This document shows, one piece after another, positions 27,237 through 36,782 of a stretch of DNA of 59,592 nucleotides. A model generated the notes under the pieces. The model was not told the origin of the DNA. It saw nothing but the letters and a program-made list of their open reading frames with translations, and searched no databases. This DNA comes from Gemmatimonadota bacterium (GTDB lineage Bacteria; Gemmatimonadota; Gemmatimonadetes; Gemmatimonadales; GWC2-71-9): assembly GCA_036679605.1 (NCBI GenBank), contig JAZDCZ010000244.1, positions 1-59,592 of the forward strand, written 5' to 3'. Position numbers and translations under genes: made by a program. The first letter of the stretch is position 1. Each line of letters opens with the position of its first letter.

Positions 27237-28217
27237 GTGGATCCGGTTACTCACACACTCGTCGGTGCGGCGCTGGCCGAGTCCGGGCTCAAGCGGCGCA
27301 CTCGGTTGGCGGGCGCCACGCTGTTGATCGGTGCCAACCTTCCTGACGTGGATGTCGTGTCGTTGATGTGGACCCCTGAGACCGGGCTGTGGTTCAGGCG
27401 CGGAGTGACCCACGGTTTTCTCGCCATGGCACTGCTGCCGTTCATCCTCACCGGTGCGATGCTGTTATTGGACCGGCTAGGTACATGGAAAAAGGGCCGC
27501 GAACCTCCGATGCGGGTTCGACCGATGCAGATACTCATCTTGGCCACTCTGGCAATCGCATCGCATCCTGTGCTGGATTCACTCAATGTCTACGGAATGC
27601 GATGGCTCATGCCGTTTTCGGGATCATGGTTCTATGGAGATACTCTGTTCATAGTGGATCCGTGGGTGTGGGGGTTTTTGGGGGCAGGGGTCTATCTAGC
27701 CAGAAAGTGGGATAAGGGAAAAGCGTCAGGGTGGAGAGAAGCCGTGAACAGCGAGCGGGGAAGTGGCCGCCCGGCTGCCGTTTCGCTCTTGGTAGCTGCA
27801 GTCTACATAGCTCTAATGGCTGGTTCCAACCTGGTGGCACGGGGAATCGTGAGGGGGGCCGCTGCTGAGCAAGGAATCGTCGTCCGGAAGCTCATGGTCG
27901 CACCTCTCCCGATTAATCCGTTCGTGCGCAGTGTCGTATTGGAAGACGAATCCAGTTACCGCATGGGAACCTTCAATTGGTTTTCACGACCTAGATTCGT
28001 TTTGATCGACTCTAGTTGGCCGAACTATCCGTCCCAGCCGGTAGAGGCAGCCGCTGTCCGTGGACCCAAACCGCGGCGGTTTATGGCATGGGCTCGGTTT
28101 CCGTTCTTTGTCACCGAGGACGTTGGTGATACGGCGGTCGTTCGCATCATGGATCTGCGTTACACGACGGATCCGAGAGCTGTGTGGGCGGTTACGACTG
28201 TAAGAATTGGTCGCTGA
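27237..28217 (+). CDS. membrane-bound metal-dependent hydrolase (YdjM/DUF457-like)
   Basis: MDPVTHTL, NLPDVD, RGVTH, SHPVLD...YG, FIVDPW. Confidence 0.88.
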   Translation: MDPVTHTLVGAALAESGLKRRTRLAGATLLIGANLPDVDVVSLMWTPETGLWFRRGVTHGFLAMALLPFILTGAMLLLDRLGTWKKGREPPMRVRPMQILILATLAIASHPVLDSLNVYGMRWLMPFSGSWFYGDTLFIVDPWVWGFLGAGVYLARKWDKGKASGWREAVNSERGSGRPAAVSLLVAAVYIALMAGSNLVARGIVRGAAAEQGIVVRKLMVAPLPINPFVRSVVLEDESSYRMGTFNWFSRPRFVLIDSSWPNYPSQPVEAAAVRGPKPRRFMAWARFPFFVTEDVGDTAVVRIMDLRYTTDPRAVWAVTTVRIGR

Positions 28218-28251
28218 GCCGTCGGGGAAGGGTCTAACTAACCTGGTGCAA

Positions 28252-28286
28252 AGAAACGGGGGCGGAAATGTTACTTCCCGCCCTCG
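28252..28286 (-). terminator. intrinsic terminator-like hairpin
   Basis: GGGGGCGGAA/TTCCCGCCCTC stem between convergent genes; T-rich tail on the minus strand. Confidence 0.5.
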
Positions 28287-28311
28287 CGCTTACGACCATC
28301 TTACTTGCCGC

Positions 28312-28788
28312 TTAGGATGCGGCAACTGCAACACGGCTCCACGGTTCCGGATGGCTCCGGTTATGGCGTTGCACCGCTTGCTGTGCCGCGGACACGCCTG
28401 AAATAACCTCGCGCCGAAACGCAGCCGGAAGGTCTGTGACCTCTTCTCCCAGTGTGACAGAGGCTTGGTAATCGTTCAGGAAGCACTTGCGCTCCGATGC
28501 TCCGCCATCAGGACGGCCAAACATCCGGTTGTGAACGATCTCGATATCGAGTCGTGCCGCGTCGCGCCAGCGAAACAGGCTAGCCACTACCTGTCCCTGC
28601 CCGATGCCGTCGGGGAATCTCAAGGGTGCGCAAAACTTGATGTCCTGGTGTTCGGCATCAACGCACACCACTTGCTCGTCACCGGTCAGACGCTGGAGCA
28701 AATCTTCGACGGCGGGACGGAACCGTTCAATGGTTCCTTCTAGTTCCCGGCAAGTCACCGGGACGGTACTGTCTATGCACCCGGTCAT
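28312..28788 (-). CDS. hypothetical protein (158 aa)
   Basis: ORF with GGAG RBS, an upstream sigma-54-like promoter and a downstream terminator; no family recognised. Confidence 0.75.
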   Translation of the reverse strand: MTGCIDSTVPVTCRELEGTIERFRPAVEDLLQRLTGDEQVVCVDAEHQDIKFCAPLRFPDGIGQGQVVASLFRWRDAARLDIEIVHNRMFGRPDGGASERKCFLNDYQASVTLGEEVTDLPAAFRREVISGVSAAQQAVQRHNRSHPEPWSRVAVAAS

Positions 28789-28852
28789 GTCTCACTCCAG
28801 TTCGTTGTGGTCAATATACGTGCGAGCCCTCGTGGCCCTCACCCTGGTTAAG

Positions 28853-28869
28853 TGCCAGATCCGTGCCAA
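28853..28869 (-). promoter_or_regulatory. sigma-54 -24/-12 promoter
   Basis: TTGGCACG-GATC-TGGCA with GG-N10-GC spacing, about 65 nt upstream of ATG 28788. Confidence 0.55.
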
Positions 28870-28929
28870 AGTTCCGCGTCTCTCGACGCCATATCTTAAC
28901 TACTAGGGGACTTGAGGTTAGCTGTGGTG

Positions 28930-28945
28930 TGTGATCAAGCTCACG
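28930..28945. promoter_or_regulatory. CRP/FNR-family-like binding site
   Basis: TGTGA-TCAAGC-TCACG versus consensus TGTGA-N6-TCACA. Confidence 0.35.
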
Positions 28946-28989
28946 TACCTATGGTTGCAGTAAGTTGCACTCTGAGCAATCACAATGCA

Positions 28990-31584
28990 CTACCTGTCCT
29001 CTCCGGAGGACGCCAATTTGGCATGCAGAATGTGAGCTGCCCGGAAGAGTCCGTCTGCGGACTGCTCGATTTTCTGCCGCAGCCGTATCGGGTAATCTGG
29101 CCGCCCCTCAAGGAAGTCTCGGACCGCCCCAGCGGCCGACTCTGACGAATGACCCGAGAGAGTCGCATCCAGCCAACGTTTCGGGAAGAATATGTCGCCT
29201 GTCTCCTGAATCTCCTCGAGCAACATGAGGCTAGGCCTGATGTATTTCTCAGATTCGTTCGCTCTCAGAGGATGATGGAGCAATGACACGGCCGAGAGGA
29301 CCCATGGTTCGTGTTCCCTGTTCTTGGCCTTCTTCAAACTCTCAAAGAATTCGTCCCTTACAGACTGCTGGGGCGAAAGTGCTGGTATGGCGAACTCGAA
29401 GCGTGATCTGCGGTCGGGATTGCGGATGCGTTTAGCCTGATCCGCCAGGATTTGCTCCGCGTTGGGAATCTCGCGCAACGCCAGGTCCTGAGCGATGGCG
29501 CTGTAATCGCGTTCCGAAAGTGGCAGTCCCCGGATCTCAATGTCGCGGTTCCAGATGCCAAGTAGCTTGTCGACCCCGGCCTGGGTGATAGCTATCGATC
29601 GGTAGGCGTTGAAGTAGGTCGCCTTGAGGCTGGTGCCTGAGGCATTCTCCATGCTCCTCCACAACAGTTGTTCCAGCGCGGGCACCAAGCGCTCACGGTC
29701 GATGGTGTTGGAGAACTGCCAATATGCCGTTCTGACATATCCCAGTATGCGCTGAACGATGAGTTCGTTTTGCTCGGACGGCAGCGCACTGATCGCCAGG
29801 CTCAGCAGCGCCGCGGGAGCGATATTCTCTTGCAGCATGTCGTCCCACAGCGTGATCCAACCGGCGGCCCGGGTGATAGGGTCAGGTATCTCGGAAATGT
29901 GCTGCAGCAGGTAGTCGCGACTCTTGGAGTCCAATTCGAAGAGTCCGTAGGCCCCTCCCTTGCCAGTTGCCAGCACGTAATCCGGCTGAGCGGTGCCGAC
30001 GGCTTGGTCGACATCGATTGTTGGCCCGTTCATGTACACGGGGATCGTGGTTACTTGACCACCCCGTCCCAGGGTCACTTCGAGTTGTTGCCTCCAAATC
30101 CTTCCGGTGCCGCTAGGATCCTTCTGGAGCACTCTTAAGGACGTAATCCGACCGGAATCGTCGGCCGATAGCTCCGTGCTAATGGTTGGTCGTCCGGGCT
30201 CCTGAACCCACACCTCGCTCCACGATCGTAAGTCTTCGTCTGTACGCCCGTCCAAACGGGCCACCAGGTCCGGCCAGGTAGCGTTTCCATACCTGAAGTC
30301 TGTCAAGTATTCGCGCATGCCGCTTCGAAATACGTCAGGACCCGTTATCTGCTCGAGCTGCCGCATCACGATAGGTGCCTTTTGGTAAATGATTGCTCCG
30401 TACAGTGTGCCCGCGTCCTTCAAGTTCTCGAGTGGTTGCCGTATCGCATTAGCACCGGTGGTTCGGTCGACGCCATAGGCAGCAGGATAGTGGGCGAGAA
30501 AGAACCGAAGGTCGTGGTCGATGTTGGGAAACGAAGGGTTGATGATCTTGGCGGCCATGAAGTTTGCGAATACCTCTTTCGTCCACACGTCATCAAACCA
30601 ATTCATGGTGACCATGTCACCGAACCACATGTGTGTGGTCTCGTGGGAGATCACGCTGGCGCGGCCCAACTTTTGATTTTGGGTTGCCGTCTCATCCAAC
30701 AGCAGACTCGATGAACGGTAGAGAATGGCGCCCGGATGCTCCATACCTCCGTACTGAAATGCCGGAATGAGGACGAAGTCAAACTTGCCAAAGGGATAAG
30801 GAATGCCCGTATACTCCTCGAGCCAGGACAGCGCGGTTGCATGCAAGTCAAAGACAGCCTCTCGGTTCCGCTGAACCTTAGCATCGTCAGTTTCCCGGTG
30901 ATACATATGCATGGTGCGCCCATCGCGCACACCGGTCTCGACCATGAATTCTCCGGCCGCAAATGAAAATTGGTATGTGCTGAGTGGCTTGGTTTCCGCA
31001 AAAGTCCAGGTGATGGTACCCTCGATGGTGTCAGCCCTCACCAACGTTCCGTTCGCAACTGCACGCCACGAAGCCGGAGTCGTGAGCGTCAGCTGGTACG
31101 AAGCTTTCATATTCGGCTGATCGAAACTGGGGAAAGCCGTCGCTGCCCGGTCGGGAACGAAGAGCGTATAGAGAAAATCCGGATTGCGATTAAGCGACAG
31201 GTCTCCGGCCAAGAATTCGATCTGGATCAGGTTCTGTCCTTCTTCGAATGGAGACCCAGGAATTACGATATGATCGTTCACGACCTCAAAATCAACCGAG
31301 TCGTTGAACGCGTAAACCTGGATGATGTCGGCTGGGTCGGCTCGAAAATCGAGTACGATCGGCGTATGGTTGTCGCTAAGGGCAAAGTGAATCGACTCTA
31401 CGCCCCGTATTCGCTCGTCTATCGCTCTCGGGATGGACAAAGTGAGTCCGTACCTGATGTCGGAGATCCTTTCTCTCCGGTGTTCGGCGAGTTCCCAAGA
31501 CACACCGGGTGAGGTATCTGGCGACTCTGGGCCGCAGCCCGTCGACAGAAGCAGGATGGGGATCAGTGCTGGGGCTTTCTTCAT
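28990..31584 (-). CDS. M1-family aminopeptidase (lipoprotein) with ERAP1-like C-terminal domain
   Basis: GGMEH, HETTH...KE, YQKA; lipobox-like LSTGC. Confidence 0.92.
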   Translation of the reverse strand: MKKAPALIPILLLSTGCGPESPDTSPGVSWELAEHRRERISDIRYGLTLSIPRAIDERIRGVESIHFALSDNHTPIVLDFRADPADIIQVYAFNDSVDFEVVNDHIVIPGSPFEEGQNLIQIEFLAGDLSLNRNPDFLYTLFVPDRAATAFPSFDQPNMKASYQLTLTTPASWRAVANGTLVRADTIEGTITWTFAETKPLSTYQFSFAAGEFMVETGVRDGRTMHMYHRETDDAKVQRNREAVFDLHATALSWLEEYTGIPYPFGKFDFVLIPAFQYGGMEHPGAILYRSSSLLLDETATQNQKLGRASVISHETTHMWFGDMVTMNWFDDVWTKEVFANFMAAKIINPSFPNIDHDLRFFLAHYPAAYGVDRTTGANAIRQPLENLKDAGTLYGAIIYQKAPIVMRQLEQITGPDVFRSGMREYLTDFRYGNATWPDLVARLDGRTDEDLRSWSEVWVQEPGRPTISTELSADDSGRITSLRVLQKDPSGTGRIWRQQLEVTLGRGGQVTTIPVYMNGPTIDVDQAVGTAQPDYVLATGKGGAYGLFELDSKSRDYLLQHISEIPDPITRAAGWITLWDDMLQENIAPAALLSLAISALPSEQNELIVQRILGYVRTAYWQFSNTIDRERLVPALEQLLWRSMENASGTSLKATYFNAYRSIAITQAGVDKLLGIWNRDIEIRGLPLSERDYSAIAQDLALREIPNAEQILADQAKRIRNPDRRSRFEFAIPALSPQQSVRDEFFESLKKAKNREHEPWVLSAVSLLHHPLRANESEKYIRPSLMLLEEIQETGDIFFPKRWLDATLSGHSSESAAGAVRDFLEGRPDYPIRLRQKIEQSADGLFRAAHILHAKLASSGEDR

Positions 31585-31706
31585 GGTCTACCCTTTGAGG
31601 CAAGTCACCCGGCTATGGTGTTCGGCTGGAGGCGCGATGTCAACGTCCTGACCGCATTCGGGGCCTACCAAACTGCCACCGCGCCGTCTATGTTCCAGCC
31701 GGCGAA

Positions 31707-32756
31707 ATGGTGAACAATCCTCCTGATATAGCTGCCGATCAATTTGGCCGCCCGATGGGTAGCCTCAGAGTATCGGTTACCGATCGGTGCAACATCCGTT
31801 GTGGATACTGCATGCCGGAGGAGGACTACGTGTGGCTGCCCCGGCGATCGCTGCTCACGTTCGAGGAACTGACAAGGCTCGCCGACGTATTCGCCAGTGT
31901 TGGTGTGACCAAGATTCGGATCACCGGCGGCGAACCGTTGTTACGTCAGGATCTGCCGGATTTGGTTGGGAAACTCCGATCGAGCGGGCAATTCTCAGAT
32001 ATCGCCCTCACGACCAACGGAATCCTGCTAGCGAAGTTTGCAGTTTCTCTGCATGAAGCTGGATTGGGGCGAGTGACGGTGAGTTTGGACACTCTCCGCC
32101 CTGAGAGGTTTACTCGGTTCACTCGCAGCAAGCGACACTCAGACGTGATCGCAGGCATCGAAGCTGTGCAGGAAGCGGGCTTTGGAAGGACCAAATTGAA
32201 CACAGTAGTAATCCGGCAGTTCAACGACGATGAGCTGATCGACATGGTAGAGTTTTGTCGAACCCGCTCGCTGGAACCACGGTTTATCGAGTACATGGAC
32301 GTAGGTGGAGCAACACGGTGGTCGATGGACTTGGTCGTGTCTCGAGCCGAGATCCTCGAAAAGTTACGGGCACATTACGGTGACGTGACTCCTGTAGCTC
32401 CGGACTCGGCGGCGGGAGTCGCGCCGGCGGAGTCGTTCGTTTTGCAGGATGGATTGAGACTTGGGATTATCGCATCTACAACGCAACCGTTTTGTCGGAC
32501 TTGCGACCGCAGCCGGCTGACGGCTGATGGCCTGTGGTTTCTCTGCCTTTACGCGACGGATGGTGTGGATCTCAAGGAAATGCTAAGGGGTGGAGCTTCC
32601 AACGAGGAATTGGCTGTTGCAATACGGTCGACATGGTCGGGCCGGTCCGACCGAGGTGCCGAGCAGCGCCTCCAGGTGGGTGGGCGGGAGGCGCTCTACC
32701 AGATGGAGAGTCTAAGGGCCGACCCCCATCGTGAGATGCATACAAGGGGAGGCTGA
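31707..32756 (+). CDS. moaA: GTP 3',8-cyclase MoaA
   Basis: LRVSVTDRCNIRCGYC radical SAM motif, FCRTCDR..LTADG...CL, C-terminal GG. Confidence 0.96.
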   Translation: MVNNPPDIAADQFGRPMGSLRVSVTDRCNIRCGYCMPEEDYVWLPRRSLLTFEELTRLADVFASVGVTKIRITGGEPLLRQDLPDLVGKLRSSGQFSDIALTTNGILLAKFAVSLHEAGLGRVTVSLDTLRPERFTRFTRSKRHSDVIAGIEAVQEAGFGRTKLNTVVIRQFNDDELIDMVEFCRTRSLEPRFIEYMDVGGATRWSMDLVVSRAEILEKLRAHYGDVTPVAPDSAAGVAPAESFVLQDGLRLGIIASTTQPFCRTCDRSRLTADGLWFLCLYATDGVDLKEMLRGGASNEELAVAIRSTWSGRSDRGAEQRLQVGGREALYQMESLRADPHREMHTRGG

Positions 32757-32790
32757 CAATTCAATTTGTTAACAGTGATGACAGGGGGCT

Positions 32791-33948
32791 TTGTCTGTGA
32801 TTGTTTCAGTTCCTAAGGAAGTCGTTTCTGGCGAGCACCGCGTTGCACTGACGCCCGACGCGGTACGTCGCCTAGTGAGGGGTGGGCTGACGATTCGGGT
32901 CGAGCAGGGCAGCGGCTTGGCGGCATCGTTTACGGATAAGTCATACGAAGAGGCGGGTGCAGAGGTGGTGACTAACTCTGAAGCACTGTGGCATGAAGCG
33001 GATGTCATCGCCAAGGTCCAGCCACCGCTAGCCAACGGCGCCCGTAACGAGGTGGCCTTGATCGAGAGCGGGAAGGTGTTGGTTGGTCTCCTCCAGCCGT
33101 TCGCCAATCTCGACGTCATTTCAGACCTCGCCGGAAGGGGAGTGACTTCCTTCGGTCTTGAAGCACTTCCTCGGATCACCCGTGCTCAGTCGATGGACGT
33201 TCTCTCGGCGATGAGTACTGTAGCCGGCTATAAAGCCGTGCTTTTGGCTGCGACTGCACTCGGGAAATTCTTTCCTATGTTGGTTACAGCGGCTGGTACC
33301 ATAATCCCCGCGAAGGTATTGGTGTTGGGTGCCGGTGTGGCGGGGCTCCAAGCGATAGCCACGGCGAAGCGACTCGGTGCGGTAGTCAAGGCGTTCGACG
33401 TAAGACCTGCTGTCAAGGAGCAAGTGGAAAGCTTGGGTGCGACGTTCATTGCCGCCGAGCAGTTGAATGAAGAAGGGGAAGGTAGTGGCGGGTATGCGAA
33501 AGCCCTGTCGGAAGATCAGCACAAGAGAGAGCTGGATTTGATTGCGGAGAACATCGTCGATGTCGACGCGGTGATCACAACGGCACTGATTCCAGGCAAG
33601 CCCGCTCCGGAGCTCATCACAAACGAGATGATTGCAACGATGCGGCCAGGCTCTGTGATCGTTGATCTGGCGGCCGAGGCTGGCGGTAACTGTGAGGCAA
33701 CCGAAGCGGGCAAGGACGTCGAGTTGCACCATGTGAAGGTCATGGGTCCGCTCAATCTGGCGGCCAGCATGCCGGCAGACGCGAGCCGGATGTATGCCAA
33801 GAACATTTCCGCGTTTCTCATGCACATCACCAAGGACGGTGAACTGCAGTTGGACTTTGACGATGAGATCACGGGCGGGACGTGCATTACACACGGTGGG
33901 ACTGTCGTACACGAAGCAATCAAGAACGCAATAAGCGAGAGGGGTTGA
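32791..33948 (+). CDS. pntAA: NAD(P) transhydrogenase subunit alpha part 1
   Basis: E.RVALTP, PRITRAQSMDVLS, GAGVAGLQA, GGYAK, DLAAEAGGNC. Confidence 0.95.
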   Translation: MSVIVSVPKEVVSGEHRVALTPDAVRRLVRGGLTIRVEQGSGLAASFTDKSYEEAGAEVVTNSEALWHEADVIAKVQPPLANGARNEVALIESGKVLVGLLQPFANLDVISDLAGRGVTSFGLEALPRITRAQSMDVLSAMSTVAGYKAVLLAATALGKFFPMLVTAAGTIIPAKVLVLGAGVAGLQAIATAKRLGAVVKAFDVRPAVKEQVESLGATFIAAEQLNEEGEGSGGYAKALSEDQHKRELDLIAENIVDVDAVITTALIPGKPAPELITNEMIATMRPGSVIVDLAAEAGGNCEATEAGKDVELHHVKVMGPLNLAASMPADASRMYAKNISAFLMHITKDGELQLDFDDEITGGTCITHGGTVVHEAIKNAISERG

Positions 33949-34248
33949 GTGATGGTCGAGAATTTGGTCGAACTCCTGGTGATCTTCGTTTTGGCGATGT
34001 TCGTCGGGTTCGAGGTAATCACTAAGGTGCCGCCGACGCTGCATACGCCATTGATGTCTGGGTCGAATGCCATGTCCGGCATAACCATTCTCGGGGCACT
34101 GGTTGTGGCGGGTCGGGGAGACGGACGGCTCGGGGCGATTCTCGGCCTTGTGGCAGTTGTATTTGCCATGATAAACGTCGTGGGCGGTTTCATGGTGACC
34201 GACAGAATGCTCCGGATGTTCAAACGCGCGCCTGAGGAGAAGAAGTGA
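33949..34248 (+). CDS. pntAB: NAD(P) transhydrogenase subunit alpha part 2
   Basis: VPPTLHTPLMSGSNA...GGF.VTDRML.MF. Confidence 0.95.
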   Translation: MMVENLVELLVIFVLAMFVGFEVITKVPPTLHTPLMSGSNAMSGITILGALVVAGRGDGRLGAILGLVAVVFAMINVVGGFMVTDRMLRMFKRAPEEKK

Positions 34249-35648
34249 TGGGCGCTGTAATCAAACTGGTTTATCTGCTTGCCGCTGTTTGTTTCATTGT
34301 CGGCCTGAAGCGACTCAGCCACCCGGCCAAAGCCCGTTCCGGCAATGCGATCGCCAGCCTGGGCATGCTCATCGCGATTGTCGTCACGCTGTTGGACCAG
34401 CAGATCGTGAGCTTCCAGTACATCATCATTGGCGTCATCGTTGGCTCGGCGATCGGTGCGACGTTTGCCAAGACCGTGAAGATGACGGGAATGCCACAGA
34501 TGGTCGCGCTGCTCAACGGATTCGGAGGTGGCGCCTCTGCACTCGTTGCAGGCGCCGAGTTTATCCAGTTTCTCAACTCAACAGGTCCGGGGCCGGCGGT
34601 GGATGTGGCTCTGACGATACAATTGAGCGTGCTTATTGGGTGTGTGACGTTCTCGGGCAGCCTGGTCGCCTTCGGAAAGCTGCAGGAGATAGTGACGGGA
34701 CGGGCCGTAACCTATCCGCTGCAGAAGACCCTGAACGGAGTCCTGTTTGCAGTGATAGTGGCGTTGATAGCGCTACTGATCGTATCGCCTGGCAGATCCG
34801 ATGCCTTCATCGCCCTAGTAGTGCTGGGCCTGGTGCTCGGCGTATTGTCTGTCATCCCTATTGGTGGCGCAGACATGCCGGTCGTAATCTCGCTGCTCAA
34901 CTCCTATTCAGGCATCGCCGCCGCTCTCACTGGTTTCGTGATCAAGAACAACGGACTGATCATTGGCGGTGCGTTGGTCGGAGCGTCCGGCATCATCCTA
35001 ACGACCATTATGTGCCGGGCAATGAATCGCTCTCTTGCTAACGTACTGTTCGGCGCGTTCGGCACTGGGGGTGGCGGCACTGCCGTGGGGCCGGGAGTCG
35101 AAGGAGGTGGAGAGAAACCTATCCGCCAGATCACGGCCGAGGATGCCGCTACGATGATGGCGTACAGCAAGCAAGTAGTAGTAGTGCCCGGATACGGCTT
35201 GGCGGTGGCGCAAGCACAGCACGAGGTCAGGGAGTTGGCCGAACTGCTGCAGAAGAAAGGTGTGTCAGTAAAGTACGCGATTCATCCTGTGGCAGGACGA
35301 ATGCCGGGACATATGAACGTATTGCTGGCCGAAGCCAACGTGCCCTATGACGAACTGTACGATATGGATCAAATAAACCCTGAGTTTGATCGTACCGATG
35401 TATCGCTGGTGATCGGTGCAAACGACGTGGTCAATCCTGCTGCACGTAACACGCCGGAGAGTCCGCTATACGGCATGCCCATTCTGGATGTCGACAAGTC
35501 ACATCAGATCGTCGTGCTCAAGCGAAGCATGCGGCCCGGATTCGCCGGCGTGGGCAATGAGTTGTTCTACGATCCTAAGACGTCAATGCTGTTCGGCGAT
35601 GCTAAGGACTCGATCAAGAATCTCGTGGCGGAGGTCAAGGAGTTGTAG
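34245..35648 (+). CDS. pntB: NAD(P) transhydrogenase subunit beta
   Basis: MPQMVALLNGFGG, IGGADMPVVISLLNSYSG, HPVAGRMPGHMNVLLAEA. Confidence 0.96.
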   Translation: MMGAVIKLVYLLAAVCFIVGLKRLSHPAKARSGNAIASLGMLIAIVVTLLDQQIVSFQYIIIGVIVGSAIGATFAKTVKMTGMPQMVALLNGFGGGASALVAGAEFIQFLNSTGPGPAVDVALTIQLSVLIGCVTFSGSLVAFGKLQEIVTGRAVTYPLQKTLNGVLFAVIVALIALLIVSPGRSDAFIALVVLGLVLGVLSVIPIGGADMPVVISLLNSYSGIAAALTGFVIKNNGLIIGGALVGASGIILTTIMCRAMNRSLANVLFGAFGTGGGGTAVGPGVEGGGEKPIRQITAEDAATMMAYSKQVVVVPGYGLAVAQAQHEVRELAELLQKKGVSVKYAIHPVAGRMPGHMNVLLAEANVPYDELYDMDQINPEFDRTDVSLVIGANDVVNPAARNTPESPLYGMPILDVDKSHQIVVLKRSMRPGFAGVGNELFYDPKTSMLFGDAKDSIKNLVAEVKEL

Positions 35649-35724
35649 CCTCATAATCGGTCGCTACAAATTGTCGTGAAGCTATTTCGTCGTTGGGTTG
35701 GCGACAGTATTCTGGTCTCCCTGT

Positions 35725-36030
35725 CTATTTGTTATCCTGTAAGTGTCGCGCGGGGTCGAGCAGTTGGTGTCCCTCAAACACCGTCAGCACATCGATCGAG
35801 TTCTCGCCGATGAGGTAGACGATGCGATACGACTTGAGGAACACTTCACGGATGTCGGCGCGTCCGAACTCGGGAACAACCCTCCCCGCCAACGGGTTTT
35901 CCGCCGCATTTTGGGCCCGCTCTCTGAGTTGACTCAACCATCTCAACGCATTTTCCGGATTGTTCTGGGCGATGTACTGGCCGATCGCGAGCAGGTCCTG
36001 CCGAGCCCGCTCGGTCCAGCGGAGCTTCAT
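35725..36030 (-). CDS. type II TA toxin, RelE/ParE family
   Basis: W...A..DL..I..YIA..NP, GRVVPE, YRIVY; ATGA overlap with the antitoxin. Confidence 0.92.
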   Translation of the reverse strand: MKLRWTERARQDLLAIGQYIAQNNPENALRWLSQLRERAQNAAENPLAGRVVPEFGRADIREVFLKSYRIVYLIGENSIDVLTVFEGHQLLDPARHLQDNK

Positions 36031-36320
36031 GTCGAATCAAGCGAGCGAAACTGATGTGCCAATTCTCGCTCAACGTCCTCGTCTTCGAGGACCCGGCCGG
36101 CTTCCACGTCAGCGAGCCCGGTAGTGACCGCTGTCATGAAGCGTTCCCGCGCGGTTAAGCGATCGAATTCTTCAGGCGAGAGGAGCACTCCGGCGGGTCG
36201 TCCATTCTGGGTGATCACGATCGGACGACCTTGCTCGCGCACCCGCCGAAGCACGCGAGAAGCTTGCGTCTTGAACTCACCCAGCGGGAGGATGTCTTGA
36301 GATACATGCAAATATGCCAT
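36027..36320 (-). CDS. type II TA antitoxin, Phd/YefM family
   Basis: DILPLGEFK, PIVITQNGRPAGVLLS.EEF. Confidence 0.92.
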   Translation of the reverse strand: MAYLHVSQDILPLGEFKTQASRVLRRVREQGRPIVITQNGRPAGVLLSPEEFDRLTARERFMTAVTTGLADVEAGRVLEDEDVERELAHQFRSLDST

Positions 36321-36329
36321 TTACAGCCT

Positions 36330-36361
36330 TATATTCAGAGCTGATATTAGATCTGAATATA
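36330..36361. promoter_or_regulatory. 32-bp palindromic operator of the Phd/ParE TA operon
   Basis: TATATTCAGA-GCTGATATTAGA-TCTGAATATA, a near-perfect inverted repeat 9 nt upstream of the ATG. Confidence 0.7.
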
Positions 36362-36380
36362 GACTATCTTCATGCTTCGA

Positions 36381-36497
36381 TCAAGACCGTGATGGGGGGA
36401 GCGCTCCGAGGTCGCGGAGGCCGTGGGAGCCACCGGATTGATCGACTACGCGATGATGGAGTTCGACGATCTCAGGGAGCGTAAGAAACCGGGTCAA
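36381..36497 (-). pseudogene. truncated death-on-curing (Doc/Fic) toxin, N-terminal 33 codons only
   Basis: MTRFLTLPEIVELHHRVVDQSGGSHGLRDLGAL then PPSRS-stop; overlaps the antitoxin stop; no HPF.DGN.R Fic motif. Confidence 0.8.
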
Positions 36498-36688
36498 CTC
36501 AGGCGCTTGTACAGCTCCCGATTCCTCTCCAGCAACTTGGTGGCTACCTCGTCGAAGTCTGGGGATGGCAAGGCCACGAGATCGCGAATCGCCGCAGCCG
36601 CCAACGTTTCAACCGGGATGCTCAGCCGGGCGGCAGCTGCTTCTAGCTGACGTCGCTGCTCAGGGTTGAGTTCGATTGCTAACTTCAT
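36494..36688 (-). CDS. small antitoxin / DNA-binding protein of the Doc-associated type
   Basis: MKLAIEL..EQ...L...A..L.I..E.L...F.E.A..LL.RN.ELY.RL; GGAGG RBS; coupled to the doc remnant. Confidence 0.8.
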   Translation of the reverse strand: MKLAIELNPEQRRQLEAAAARLSIPVETLAAAAIRDLVALPSPDFDEVATKLLERNRELYKRLS

Positions 36689-36782
36689 TGGACCGCCTCC
36701 GTGCTTCACAAAGCTATCCTGACACGATTGCTTCAGCCAACACGGGGCAGTATAACGTCATTGCGATTCTGCTGCGCGCCAC

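Noticed and set aside
33121..34322. Long antisense ORFs over the pnt genes, and similar shadow ORFs across the window
   Set aside because: Expected shadows of GC-rich coding strands, with no motifs.
35649..35724. attC site downstream of the ParE toxin
   Set aside because: No RYYYAAC...GTTRRRY pair with a convincing stem was found.
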